NCBI GenBank assembly: GCA_028534125.1
Contig: CM052817.1
Coordinates: 44,890,001-44,954,000, forward strand
DNA length: 64,000 nt
Direction: 5' to 3'
Source of the DNA: Lama glama
Taxonomy: Eukaryota
This document shows, piece by piece, positions 27,901-40,548 of this stretch; the stretch's first letter is position 1, and every line of letters starts with the position of its first letter. The notes under the pieces were generated by a model. That model had not been told where the DNA came from and did not search any database. It saw only the letters and a list, made by a program, of their open reading frames with translations. The translations under genes and the position numbers were made by a program.

Positions 27901-28500
27901 TCAGAAAAAATGTTGAATTTTCAAAGTGCTGATTTTAGTCATAGTGTTAATATTTATATTACATGAAGAGATCCTATAATTTGACGCCCCCCCAAAAAAT
28001 GCAACTGAAATATGAGCAAAGAATGTGTAAAGGCAGTTCACAGAAGAGCAAATGCAAAGTAGTTCTTAACCATTAAAAGATGGTCCTTTAACATTTAAGG
28101 GAATGCAGGTTTTAAAAAATTTGTGTGTGTGAGATGCCTTTTTACTCATCAGGCTGAGAAAAGTTTAAACATCATCACCTGTTGCTGACAAGAATGTGTG
28201 GAAAAGGGTAGTCTTACATGTGGATTATGAATAGAAGATCTTTCAGGAGAGCAATCTAACAGCTTCTGAAGACTGAAAACGTATTTTTAGACCCAGCAAT
28301 CTCATTCTTGAGGGTCTATACCAGTAAATATATATATCTTTATGTATTTTTATATATATACTTATATATAAATGTTTATTACAACATTGTTCATAGTGTC
28401 AAAACTAGAAACAAAATATATGCTTCTCAATATAAGAATACTTTAATAAATTATTAATACATGAAAATTATGTAGTCATTAAAAGTAACATTACTATAAC
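24990..28500. mobile_element. Nested L1 cluster: old + strand L1 ORF2/3' remnants with an inserted - strand L1MB-like 3' end (about 25790-26415)
   Basis: A-rich L1 ORF2-like sequence on +, with a canonical antisense L1 3'UTR inside it. Confidence 0.65.
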
Positions 28501-28664
28501 TTGCCTAATAAAAATGGGCAAACATTCAAATCTTGAACTGTTATGGTTCTTACTATTGTTAGTGTATTCAGCTGATTTCTTTCAATAATAGATGTGTAAT
28601 AAAATTACTTGCATAACTGCAAAGAGATGGCTTCTGTTGATATTGGTGGGTTTTCTTTGTATAG

Positions 28665-28784
28665 GTGCTAATCAAACAGGAAATTCAGAGGAAGAGTGGG
28701 TATGCCATCCAAGCTGATGAAGAGCAGCTGCGAGTTCAGCTAGATACAATTCAGTGTGAACTAAATGCGCCTACTCAGTTTAAG
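28665..28784 (+). CDS. NUP54: NUP54 coding exon 10 (VLIKQEIQRKSG...NAPTQFK), 120 nt
   Basis: TAG acceptor; AAG|GTAAGC donor; ORF 28665..28847. Confidence 0.95.
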
Positions 28785-29090
28785 GTAAGCAATTGTAAGA
28801 CCATGAAGCTAGAATTTGTTTCGGGTGGATCTGCAGAGAAATGTTAGTCTTCAAAAAGAGGAATTTTGTATACTTGTTTTTATTGAGTATTTGTTCTCTT
28901 TAATCAAAACTTCCTTTCTAAAGTAGACTCTTAATCGTGATGTTTGCGACTTGTCTTAATGTTTTAAATAATGTAGAGGGAGAATTAAAACATCTAATTA
29001 GAGTAGTGCCCATCCTTTTAAAATAAAACATTCTCTTTTAGAAATGTTTGCTGTTGTGAGCAGTTGTAATTCAATTCAGTATTATTTTAG

Positions 29091-29201
29091 GGCCGACTAA
29101 ATGAACTGATGTCCCAAATCAGGATGCAGAATCATTTTGGAGCAGTCAAATCTGAAGAAAGATATTACATAGATGCAGATCTGTTACGAGAAATCAAACA
29201 G
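29091..29201 (+). CDS. NUP54: NUP54 coding exon 11 (GRLNELMSQIRMQ...LLREIKQ), 111 nt
   Basis: TAG acceptor; CAG|GTAAGT donor. Confidence 0.95.
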
Positions 29202-29243
29202 GTAAGTGTTGCACTAGAGTGCACTTTTAAAAAGGTGAATTCA

Positions 29244-29900
29244 CCACTTCACATCCATTAGGGTTTGTATTATCACCCCCCCAAAAAAAACCCCAACAGA
29301 AAGTAATTGTTGAGAGGATGTTAAGAAATAGAACCCTCATGCACTGCTGGTGGGAGTGTAAAATGGTGCACACAGCTACTTTGGAAAACAGCTTCTCAGA
29401 TAATAGACATAGGATTACCACATAGGCCAAGAGCAAAAGCAGGGACTCAAGTATTTGTGCACCTGTGTCCATAGCAGCGTTACTCACAGTAGCCAAAACA
29501 TGGACACAGTCTGCATGTCTGTAGATGGACTAATAAACAAAATACGGTATTTATATACAGTGGAATGTTAGCATTAAAAAGGAAGGAAATTCTGACACAC
29601 ACACAACAGCCATGGATGGACCTTGAAGGCATTATATCATGTGAAGTCAGTCAATTTAAAAGGACAAAAGTTGTACGGTTCTACTTTATGGGGCACCTGG
29701 AGTAATCCAATTCACAGAGAATGGAATAGCGGGTGCAGAGTTTCAGGTTGGGGAGGTGAAAAAGTTCTACAGATAGACAGTAGTGATTGTTGCACATGAC
29801 TTAGTACCGCTGTACATTTAAAAATGGTTAAAATGGACATTTTTACGTGATGTATGTTACCACACAAAAACAGTGTTATCATTTTCTCCCCCCACCCCCT
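29244..29900 (+). mobile_element. 5'-truncated L1 (L1MB-like) with target-site duplication
   Basis: L1 3' sequence flanked by AAAAAGGTGAATTCA (29229-29243) and AAAAAGATGAATTCA (29901-29915). Confidence 0.85.
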
Positions 29901-31284
29901 AAAAAGATGAATTCAGAGGTAATACAGACACCAAAGTTCCCTTGACCCTGCTGCTCAATGCAGAGGCGGCAGCAGCTCTGAGGTCATTAGAAATGCAGAC
30001 TTGGTCCTTACTCCAGACCTCCTTAATCTACATTTTTCATGATTGTAGAGTGATTTGTATACATGGTAAACTTTAAGAAGTTAATTCCTCTGTACCTTTC
30101 CGACTTGTATGATGCCACATATAAACATGCAATTATTAATCTTGTCAGCCCTTGGGGACCTTGATGGAGGTTGGGGTAATCAAAGCCTCCAACCACCTGT
30201 GTGAGGCTCATTTTGTATGAAAAAGTTGGGAAGTACCTCTCTAGTTTATTTTCATTAGTAAATACAGATTGTTTTAATAAAACCTGTCTAGCCATTGACT
30301 GTATCTTAAAAATATATATTAGGATGGTAAACTCTGTAGAACATACTAGGTAGGATTAACTGGCATGGCAGGTTGGCAAGGCCCTAAAGATTATAGGTGG
30401 TTATAAACGTCATCAACAAATCTGATTTTATTATGTTCTGTAGAGTGGATATTGCTGTTTTATGCAACTAAAAGCTAGTTTGGCTCCTAGGTTCTCAGAA
30501 AGTATATATACACTAGATTATATTCCATTGTACCAATATTTACAATAAACTGAGAAAAATTCCAGCACATTGGAATAAAGAACTACATGAACGAGTTTCT
30601 GTATGCAGTAAAATTGGGAATAATATAAACACCTACCTAAAATGATGAAAAGCAGTATATTGTTTTTGGGGTTGAATCATGGCTCATCACCTAGTTTATG
30701 ACCTTGGGCAGGTTACTTATCTCTATCTCAATTTCTTTATCATAGAGAAGAGGTAATAATGGTACCCTGAAAAGGTATGTGCTCAAAGGGATTTTAAATG
30801 AGTTAAGTTAGTTAATACCCATAAAGCTCTTTAAGCTGCCTTAACACCAGAGAAGTTCTTTTTAAAATGTTAGCAATTGTAGTTCTCACCATTATCATCA
30901 CTTTATACTTCGTACTTCAAGTTACAGAAATCCTGTTTTCAGAATGATTATTTTGCTAGTCATGTACATTTGAGTACATTCTTGCATTGTTTTCATGTCA
31001 TACCTTTTCTTTTTTATCAGAGATTGATAAAAGGAATCTAAAAACACCTGCATCTTTTGTAAAATTTGTTGTAGATACTGTTTATTATATTTGATTTTAT
31101 TGCTTTTTATAGTAGTATTTTACTGTAGATCATATAAGTGTTAGCAAAGATATAGTACAATGTTTAAATATGCATATATTTAGAACAGCTACTAAGTGTT
31201 ATATTGCTAGAAAAAGTCCTTTTTGCTGTGAGTAGCTTCCAATTTAATGAAGGAATGCATTAATATTTTTTTAATTCCTTCTAG

Positions 31285-31413
31285 CATTTGAAACAACAAC
31301 AGGAAGGCCTTAGCCACTTGATTAGCATCATAAAAGATGACCTAGAAGATATCAAGTTGGTAGAACATGGATTGAATGAAACCATCCACATCAGAGGTGG
31401 TGTCTTTAGTTGA
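31285..31413 (+). CDS. NUP54: NUP54 last coding exon (HLKQQQEGLSHL...IRGGVFS*), 129 nt
   Basis: TAG acceptor; TGA at 31411-31413. The 12 exons sum to 1530 nt = 509 aa + stop. Confidence 0.95.
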   Translation, partial: HLKQQQEGLSHLISIIKDDLEDIKLVEHGLNETIHIRGGVFS

Positions 31414-32094
31414 CAGTTCACAAACTTGTGTTAAAGGTTTTTGAAATATATCCTCTTGTTATCAGACGCTCCTTAAGAATGAAACTGACCATGTGGAGGG
31501 GAAAAAAAAGAAAACACTCTTCTCTCCTGGCTTGGTTTTTGAGGTCACTGACCAATTATTAATCAAATCTGAAAAAATTCACTTCACAGCTCTTCAGAGA
31601 CAGCCTTTGAAAGATTTACATCTAAAAGCTGTAATTACTTTAAAAGTACATAATTACCAAAAATATGTACTATTGTACATTTTTACAGCAGCATTGTTTT
31701 AACAATAATCAGTGTTTAATGATTCTTCTTCACTGAGCCTGTGCTTTGCTTTCCATAGCAAGTAAACATGAAATATTTACTTTGCACATAACAAAATAAA
31801 CCATATAATGACTTGGCTGTTGGAGATTTGTACTTCAGAATGTAAATGTACATCAGTTTTTATATTTGTGAATTCATCTGTGAGGAGAGTCAAAATCCAA
31901 GAGTATTTAATGATTAATGTGGTTTTCTTCTCATTCTATAAAGATTTGAAAATATATTTTTATATTATTTTACTTATTTGGAATTTACAGAACACACTTA
32001 AGCATTTAGGACATAACAAAACTACATTTTCTCATTTTTGCAACTTTTTTTGTTTTTTAAACCTTTTTATTTCTAAAAAAGATGAAAACTTATA

Positions 32095-32100
32095 AATAAA
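32095..32100 (+). terminator. NUP54: NUP54 polyadenylation signal AATAAA (a proximal AATAAA also lies at 31795-31800)
   Basis: Hexamer about 680 nt after the stop, with U-rich sequence upstream and U/GU-rich sequence downstream. Confidence 0.65.
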
Positions 32101-33859
32101 TGCTTGATTATAATTTTATATACTTCTGTCTGATGCTTTATTTGGCTCTGGGAAAATGACCATTCATGTCCACATAAGTACTGAATCATAATCACAACTT
32201 AAGAATTTTAGTCTTAACATGGTTTTAAGTCTGACTTCCCTCCTAAGGAAAGTGTATCAATACTGATACATTTTGACTGAGGTATGGCAAGTGAAACTTA
32301 CTTCAGATATCATCTAGCATAAAGAATTCTCTAATACATCATTAGTATCTGAAAAGACTGGAAAATCTGAATTAGACATGGTAACGTGCAGTAGTGATTC
32401 CTTAACTAGGTAATTTTAAAATTTTTCTGACTACCGAACTGCACACCTGGGCTGCATCCTTTCGGCCCTTCTTGGAATGTTTCAATTTTGCATTTCTGCA
32501 TAATGCTTTAGCTTATGATGAGCAGTGTTCTAAAAAACAGCCCCGTGAACTCTGCTGCTGTGTTTATTATGAGGATGTTGAGTGTGATGCACTGTATATC
32601 CAGAGGCCATCCTCTGAGATCCCACTGAAGGAATTTCTTGTTCAGATGCAGACAAGGTTAATAGTTGTATAGGAGACTGGGTACTTTGAAACTTATTCTA
32701 TTTCTTTCCATGTTAGCATCTAGAGGTTTGTAGCCACTTTTACAAGTTTATAACATGCAAACTTGTTACACTATTCTCTGTATCACCCTTTTGTCATACT
32801 TTCCTACGCTTTGCAATTCCAACAGCGTTGGGAGAGGATTTTTTTCTCTCCTTTTCTGTTTTCTCCTTGGCCCAGAAGATAAGCACTTCCAGCCTTCTTA
32901 CTCACGGAGGTGAATGTGGAAGGAGTTTGTCCCTCTGCGCATCCTCTTACTGTATAGAGTTGTTGATGTAACAGGTGAGAATTGTTATTCATTGAACCAC
33001 ATTCTCTACTGGACAGATGGCTAATCATGCAGACCATGGTCACTTCTCTAGTCTTTCACTTTCTGTGCTCTGATATTGTTAGGTTTCTAATTTCACCAGC
33101 CCTAGCTTATGCTCGGGATCTGCCTTTTAAAGGCAGGCCCAATTTGCCTCCTAAGTGTTGATCCTTCTGGTGACTACATGTGTAAGTCAGGCCTGTGGTC
33201 CTTGTTCATGTAGCTGGTTAGACAACTGGACTTGGTCTATACCTGAAGTGTGTTCCAAGCAAATGGTAACAAGTTCTAGACTTGAGTGGACAGAAGGAAA
33301 GACCCACCACTTTGGCCTCAGGACTAAGTTATGTTCTCCAGCAAAATTTACATAAATTCTGTGAACTGGCTAATGGTTCTTGTGGGTAGTCCACTGAAAG
33401 TTCTGAATTCGTGAAGAGATGTAATTGGTAGAATTAAAGCACACTGAACCCTCTAAGACCTAGTTTAGATTTTATGTAGCTCTTCTGTACCTTTGAAGGT
33501 CACCCTAAGTCCTTTTTGAAACACTGGCAGTGTAAAACAAGTACTAGTTACCAAAGCCCATGCCTAAATCAGTTAACTATTCAACCACAATACCTTGGGG
33601 AAAGAGTACTATATTGTATAACCTCATTTTTTCCTTGCTTATTGAGCATACATATTCATTCAGTACTGTCTGCCTTCCTGGGTTAACATGAGGTTCAAGT
33701 TGGGAACTGTGTATGTGAAATACTTGGTAAACTGTTGTGTTTGTAGAAATATAAAGCGTTCATATACTGAAGGAAAATGAAGACACTGAAAGAATACACT
33801 ATTTGAAGACAAAGTGATCCTTTAAAGGTGAGTGGAACACCTTTAAAAATTCAGTAGTT

Positions 33860-34350
33860 CATATTGGCCATCATTAAAAAGTGTATAAATGGTAAATGCT
33901 GGAGAGGGTGGCAAAAAAGGGGAACCCTTCTACACTGCTGGTAGGAATGTAAATTGGTGCAGCCACTATGGAGCTTCCTTAAAAAACTAAAAACAAACTT
34001 ACCAAATGATCCAGCAGTCTCACTCCTGGGCACATACCCAGCAGTCTCACTCCCGGAGAAAAATATAATTCAAAAAGACACATGCACCCCAGTGTTCACA
34101 GCAGCACTACTTACAATAGCCAAAACATGGGAACAACCCAAATGTCCATCAATAGATGACTGGATGGAGGTGTAGTATGTGTATGCAATGGACTACTACT
34201 CAGCCATAAAAAAGAATGAAATAATGCCCTCTGCAGCAACATGGATGGACTTGGAGACAGTCATTCTAAGTAAAGAAAGCCAGAAAGAAAAATACCATAT
34301 AACACTTACATGTGGAATCTAAAAAAAAAAAAAAAGACAGAAATGAACTA
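33860..34350 (+). mobile_element. Younger L1 fragment (ORF2 C-terminus and 3'UTR) between the two gene ends
   Basis: ORF 33954..34175 resembles the L1 ORF2 C-terminus ([31 protein letters not shown]). Confidence 0.85.
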
Positions 34351-34633
34351 ATTATAACTTAGATGACTGATTTCTTATATATGTGTAAGCATATCTGACT
34401 GTCCTTTATGACTGGATTACTGCATTCTGTTGATACTTTGCAGTTGGCTTAATTCCTTTGATAACTATGTAAGTTTAAAAAGCTAAAGCTCTAAACTGTT
34501 CTTAGAAACAAACAGTACAGATATGTTAAGTTGAAAAAAATGATTTTAAAAAAGCTCTAAAAATCATATGAACCACCAATATTGATATTTTAGTATCTGG
34601 TAATTCTAAAATTGTATCAATAATTTTAAAGTT

Positions 34634-34639
34634 TTTATT
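34634..34639 (-). terminator. ART3: ART3 polyadenylation signal AATAAA
   Basis: TTTATT on the + strand about 240 nt past the ART3 stop codon. Confidence 0.6.
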
Positions 34640-34874
34640 GATATTGAATTAAAAGTACACAGTTTTTTTGTAATCATAAGATTAATATAGAAATAAGTGA
34701 AAAATGAATTCTATGACATTTGGATTAACTTTCTGAATTTGAGAGGTGAATAACAAATATGCAATTCTCATTTTATCAGCTGACTTGCCCAACAATTGAA
34801 AAATACATCATTCTTTCTGATGATTGCTGCCGGATGCCTGTAGTGTATTTCAGGAAATAAAGAAATGTATCAGA

Positions 34875-35008
34875 CTACAGAGCAACAAAGAGATTTATAG
34901 CAGAACCGCTGATTAAAGTGATGAATGTTCCAAATATTGGAAGGAGCATTTTGCCAGAAGATGCAGAGGGATGGCTTTTGGGACCTGGAACTGGAGCTGG
35001 AGCTGGAG
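34875..35008 (-). CDS. ART3: ART3 last coding exon: Pro-rich linker and GPI-anchor signal (TPAPAPVPGPKSHPSASSGKMLLPIFGTFITLISGSAINLFVAL*)
   Basis: TAACAG acceptor; small-residue omega region followed by a hydrophobic tail; TAG stop at 34877-34875. Confidence 0.92.
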
Positions 35009-35829
35009 CTGTTAATGAGAACAGTCATTGACACATGTCATTTTTAATACCAAGTTTCATCCACCTATGCCATACATCCTGAATATGTAAACAGACATAC
35101 AAGTTGAGTTAGAAACTTACATGAAATACTTCTAACCAGGAACAATTTTAAAATAAACATAGTTCATTACAGATTTTTGGGCTCTATTTTCATATATCAT
35201 CAAAGTGTGCTAATCTGGGTTTTATCTAGGACTCCACAGGCTTTTTAAGTATGTAGACAGATAATTTTTTGTTGCACAAGTTGTCTAGAATTTCTTAACC
35301 TATGTTAAATTTTCATTATATACATGTAAGATAAAGTTTACTCCAGTGTCTTTTCTATTTCAAGTAAGATAGTGCATTTCACCTGCATATTCTGCCAATA
35401 TACAATGGAATATAGCTGCATTTTTAAACACTAATAAGCCCTCCAAGCTGATAAATTAATTTTTTCTCTCTATACATAAAACACTACTCTGGAGAAAACT
35501 ACTTCCCTTTCATCTGAACTAGTGGAGAGGAACAGTGGAATCCAGCCATCTCAGGATGGTCTGTTTCACACTGCCCTTAAATGCACACATCTGACTTCTG
35601 GCTATGTTTTGGTTTCAGACTACAAGGGAAGAGTGACTGGAAATATCTAAATGATCACCACTCAGATTTCATAAGTGAAGTTGAGAGAAACAGCCAGTGT
35701 ATGTTATAAAAACCTTCAACTCATTATGAATTTACTTGCCATAATCATAAACATGCAGTTAGGTATACATATACAGATGGGGAAAACAGACTAGCAGATG
35801 CACTCATGCTTTACTTTGTTACTCGAGAG

Positions 35830-36416
35830 CAGTGGTTCTCAAGGGGGCAGTCCTGCCTCTTAAAAGGCAGTTTGGAAATTTGTCAAGGTATTCTTTGACT
35901 GTCACAACAGTGAGGTGGAAGTAGAGAGCTAGTATCCTGCAATGCTCTGGAGAGTCTTGCACAATGAAAAACTGACTCACTTCCATATAAGTTTCAAATG
36001 CACTGCTAGACACACATGTAAGTCAAAAAGCTGTAATGCTCAAACCCAGAACCTAAGTCAGTTTCACATATAAGCAAAATATTTTTGGACAGTTTTAACA
36101 GTTTCTATCTAGTGCCCACGGTATTTCTTCACTTTCATTTTCTTACACTTTCATGAATAGCTTCCAGTCCTCTCAAATCCAAATTTATTTGTGTAAGTAA
36201 ATACAATCATCTGATGACTTCATTATGTCTTCTAGAATAATCTAGGTATTTACATATTGAAATGTATATAACTTTTATTATAAATTATAGTTGGGACATT
36301 ATATTGATTTTTTATGGGTGCAAGTGGGTCTTATCTATTAATCTTATTTCAGGATAGCTTTATAAAATATTTCTTCTAAAAATGGAGAACTGGGTTGACA
36401 GGGTTGAGAACCATTG
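35830..36416. mobile_element. MER20B-like hAT DNA transposon
   Basis: TIRs CAGTGGTTCTCAA...TTGAGAACCATTG with degenerate 8-bp flanks CTCGAGAG / CTCTAAAA. Confidence 0.75.
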
Positions 36417-36641
36417 CTCTAAAAAGCAGTCTCTCTACACAGTTCAAAGTGACTGACTCAGAGGCGAAGTCAGGCTGCCCCCAGCCATTCTCACAGACAA
36501 GCATTTGGTGTGACAGTATATTCTGTTATGATGCTTTCAACTCTTGAGATTTTGTTCCTTTTATTGAGAAAAAATTAGTTTCTCAGTTTTTCTGTACTGC
36601 AGAAACAGACATTTATCAACTAAGGAAAAGAGATTTCTTAC

Positions 36642-36671
36642 TAGGATTGTTGATAGCTTGACTTTCATCTT
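36642..36671 (-). CDS. ART3: ART3 micro-exon (EDESQAINNP), 30 nt
   Basis: TTTTAG acceptor, A|GTAAGA donor; resembles the ART3 EDKSQGNINNP exon. Confidence 0.88.
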
Positions 36672-37914
36672 CTAAAATACAAACAGATTTTGAGTTAATT
36701 GCATTGTATACCTATTTATCCCAAAGAGAAAAATCTGATTAAATGATTAAGCAAACGTGGTTATCTCTCAGTGTGGGATGAGGGACAGGGTATTAGGTTT
36801 AGAGGTATGTGTGGGATTGCGGGGAGGGTTTTGCTCCTTTTACGCTTTGGAATTTTTTTTCTTTTCTACCATGTATGTGTTTCCATTAAAATAAAGGTTA
36901 AATTTTTGTTTACAGAAAAGTATTTTTTCTACATATTGAACTCAGATTCCCAAGCACAATCATAATACCTACCACTTACTGAGTGCTTACTATGTGTCAC
37001 AGATGCTTTATGCACACTGTCACCTGTGCTTCTTATAGTCCTCGTAGGTAGCAGAGTTATCCATATTAAACAGATGTTCCCCAAAACTTGCATAAAGTCA
37101 CAAAGGTAATCAGTGGTAGCAATGCCTGATTTCAAAATGTCTGCTTAATTACTATGCTATTCTACCTCCAAGTGTGTGCTTAGCATTGAAATATTACAAT
37201 ATTGCCATATTTTGATGGATGTGAGACCAAATGCCACTTCTGGGAGCCCAGATTAGAAGTGTATTTTTATAACTAAATCTGGCTGGAAGACTGGTGTCAT
37301 GTGACAAAAAATAAACAAAACTTGAAAAGCTGGAGTCCTGACTGTCTCATTCTAGCCTTTTACAGGTTCTTTAACATTCCTATATTCCATGTCTTCATTT
37401 CTGAAATGGCGGTAACAGTATTTCTCTCACTGGATTGTATGAGATCCTGTGTAAATGTTTTGACACCACCTTTAAAAAAGCCTGCACTACACACAGCTTT
37501 CTAGGAGAGGGCACCATACAGAATAGTCTCAGCAAAACTGAGTGGCCCTTTTGCTGGAGGACATGGAGAGTGCAGCGAGGAGCACAGAACGGATGGTCCA
37601 CGCTGCATGGTTCTCACACACACCTCTCTGATGATATTTCTGCCCCATTATGGAGGAGTCAGACGCAGCTAGAAGCCAACTGCTCCAGTTTCAGGTCAAG
37701 TGCCTTCTCTGTTTGGCCCAGAGAGCCATAATAGCAATCTGCTGCTCACACTGAAAGGAGTTCTCAAGTTTTCCCCCTCTGGCTTGCAGACTGGGATGTT
37801 AGAAGCTGTACAGCTCAAGTGTCCTCTCCCCAGACCTCTTAAGACTGAACTAAATGATTATGATAAGGACTCAGTACCCGACGGTGCCTCCACCCCTAGT
37901 AAAGAATTTATTAC

Positions 37915-37947
37915 CAGGTTTTTCATCCGGTTGTAGCATTTTTGTTC
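37915..37947 (-). CDS. ART3: ART3 micro-exon (GTKMLQPDEKP), 33 nt
   Basis: CATTTAG acceptor, CCTG|GTAATA donor; same G-x-K...P pattern and phase as the neighbouring micro-exons. Confidence 0.75.
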
Positions 37948-37979
37948 CTAAATGAGAAAGAGATTTTCAGATAGTAATA

Positions 37980-38200
37980 AAGGCAGCTAACATTTACTAC
38001 TATTTTAAAGCACCATTCATTTTGCCAGTACTTTATCTCATTAGGACTTTAATCAGCCCTGCAAGACAGAAGTTTTCTTCATTTTCAGACATGGAAGCAG
38101 AGGTGCAGAAAACTGAGGTAACTTACACAAAGTAACCCAGAAAAAATGGCAGAGGAGAGAAGAAGCTGGGTCTGTCTGTCTACACAGCCCATGCTCATCC
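37980..38200 (-). mobile_element. MIR SINE
   Basis: cattttcagacatggaagcagaggtgcagaaaactgaggtaacttacacaaagtaac MIR core. Confidence 0.6.
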
Positions 38201-39235
38201 CCCCATACTCCACAGCAGCTGCCTCTCAGACAACCTGTGTGCCTAGTAAGGTGTCAAACTCAGGTCCAGCGAGCTAGAGATGTGGTACACACAAATTGTC
38301 ATGGGTGTCATTAGAGGTTCACTTCAAAGCTGTGGCCAAATCAGTCCATCAGTTCACAGTATCTGGGTGAATATAAAAGTGTTGCTGGAACCTCTTCTGG
38401 GCCTGTCAGGGCTTTAGGTAATAAACTGGGAACTGCTGTTTCTGCACACAGCATGCAGGATCCAAAGACAGCAATGTGAGGCAAAGCTCAGCACTATATG
38501 AATGGATGTAATTTAGCAGATGCCAAAAATCTAATTTACTTAACAGATGATGATTGCAAAATAACAAAACCTACCAAAAATTATTTTCAAAACACTACAT
38601 GAACTGGGAAGAAAGGATTTAAGCACTGGATGGGGGACTGCACCCTGAGATTCTGCGTTTTTATAATCCTTAAGATATTTCCATAAGGTAAGGGTAACAT
38701 GTGTTAGCCACGTTTAAAGGATGACAATTCTGAGGCACAGAGAAGTGCTATTACTTATTACTGTCCATAGTTCTCTGGTAAAATGTTGGATCATGTCCAC
38801 TTTTTTTTTTAAAACTTCTTGCCTCAGGAAAAAAAATTAAGTTTGAGGGCCTTTTTTTTTCCATCTCCTATAAGCATAAGTTCTGAGGCTCTTGAGGAAC
38901 TTGACGGGAGTCACACTGTTCAGTTTCTCTGACCACAGACACTCAAGGCCCCTCAAAGGCCTTGCCCTCAGTGACACTTTTTAAAATACCTGTTTTCATG
39001 GTTATCTATTAAAGGTAGGTTACATCTACCATGATAAATATCCTGGAAAAACACTTGAGGAACCACAAGTCTTAAGGAATAGGTATTTGGTCCTAAGTTA
39101 AGAGACTTGGGTCCTTCACTCACTTATGTGATCTTGTGCAAAGTACTTAGCCTCCCCTGTGTATCTAATGGTGACAACTATGTCTGTACTCCCCAAACTG
39201 GCAGCTTCCTCTCTCACACGCCTAACACTGCTTAC

Positions 39236-39268
39236 CAGGTAATGAAAAAGGTTCTGGAATTTTCATTC
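39236..39268 (-). CDS. ART3: ART3 micro-exon (GMKIPEPFSLP), 33 nt
   Basis: TTTAG acceptor, CCTG|GTAAGC donor. Confidence 0.88.
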
Positions 39269-39876
39269 CTAAACGAGAAAGAAATTTTTAGTGACTTGAA
39301 CTTTGCTCCAGTGAGTACAATTTCCAAACTCTTTCTTGTCTGATGAGCTCAAGTGATGTAAGTGCCAAGGGTCCCACTGTACTGTAGTTTTTGGCTTTTT
39401 ACTTAAAAGTTCTGGCTACATGAACCCTCACTGTGCAAATCCACGCCAAGCTCAGGAGCCTTCTGCCATGGCGCCTCACTGAGTCTGGCAGGAGAATACA
39501 ATGTTTAGTTACCTGGAGATCCTAGATGCCGCGATGTTAGCCAATGCTAACAGCTTCTGCACGAAGCTGAAGTTTCTACTGAGAACCTTTAGCTGTGAAA
39601 TCTAAGGCTGGACTGCATTCATCCAGGTCCCAGCAGCCTTGCCTTCAGCCATGCCCCCAATAAAGCTAACTTTCCTGCTCCAGAAACACATAAACACTAG
39701 GGAGGAACGGCACTTTTTCTACTCTATTCCCCAGCTAAATCTTTGTAAAACGACTGGCAGGCAGCTGTAAAGGAAATACTACTGAATAACAGTCTCATGA
39801 CAATATTCTCTTTAATAACTGGGAGAATCTTTCTCATCTCACACTTGAGCCCACAGAGTAAATAAAACTGTCTTAC

Positions 39877-39909
39877 CAGGTATTTGGGTGGCTTCTTGGC
39901 CCTTCATAC
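39877..39909 (-). CDS. ART3: ART3 micro-exon (GMKGQEATQIP), 33 nt
   Basis: TTTAG acceptor, CCTG|GTAAGA donor. Confidence 0.85.
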
Positions 39910-40515
39910 CTAAAGACAGAAATGAATTACTAGTTAGTGTTAATCAATTATCTTGCATTGTTAATACTCCCTTTTGTCTATACCTCTCCCATCTTTAACT
40001 CTTAAAAAAAAAAAGGAAAAAGAAAGCAGTAACAACAAAAACACCTTTCAATTGCTCTTCATTCTCTAACTGGACAAAACCCAAACTCCTTATGCTGGAT
40101 TTCAAAAACTTCATGATGTGGACTATATCCCTCCAACCTTATTTTCCTAAGGCAGTCCTAGTACACTGGATTTTAAATGAAACAGTATTGACTCTGCTTG
40201 GTTTAGTTCTAGTGTCATTATAGTTACGAGCTCTATGATTGGGAAGGCTTAATCCCGCTGACCTTCATTTCCTTATTTATGCCAAAGAAGTACCTTGTAG
40301 GTTTGTAGTAAGTGATGATTAAAGGTGATACATCATAAAAGCGCTTGGCACATTACTGATGGGATACAATGAGGTCTCAACAGCTAGAGTCCCTCTGTTT
40401 TGGCTTAACCCATTCCTCAACCTCTCCATGTCAGTTATGTCCCTCGTTCTAGGAGTCCTCGTGTGTCCTTCTAACCTTGCAGCTGGTCTCAGAGAGTGAG
40501 TAAAAGATCACTTAC

Positions 40516-40548
40516 CAGGCAAGTCAGTGGACTCCTGGTTTTTCATTC
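40516..40548 (-). CDS. ART3: ART3 micro-exon (GMKNQESTDLP), 33 nt
   Basis: TTTAG acceptor, CCTG|GTAAGT donor. Confidence 0.82.

Noticed and set aside
28755..28757. Cys in NUP54 DTIQCELN where human is recalled as Gly
   Set aside because: Single substitution that may be common in non-primate mammals; cannot be judged without an alignment.
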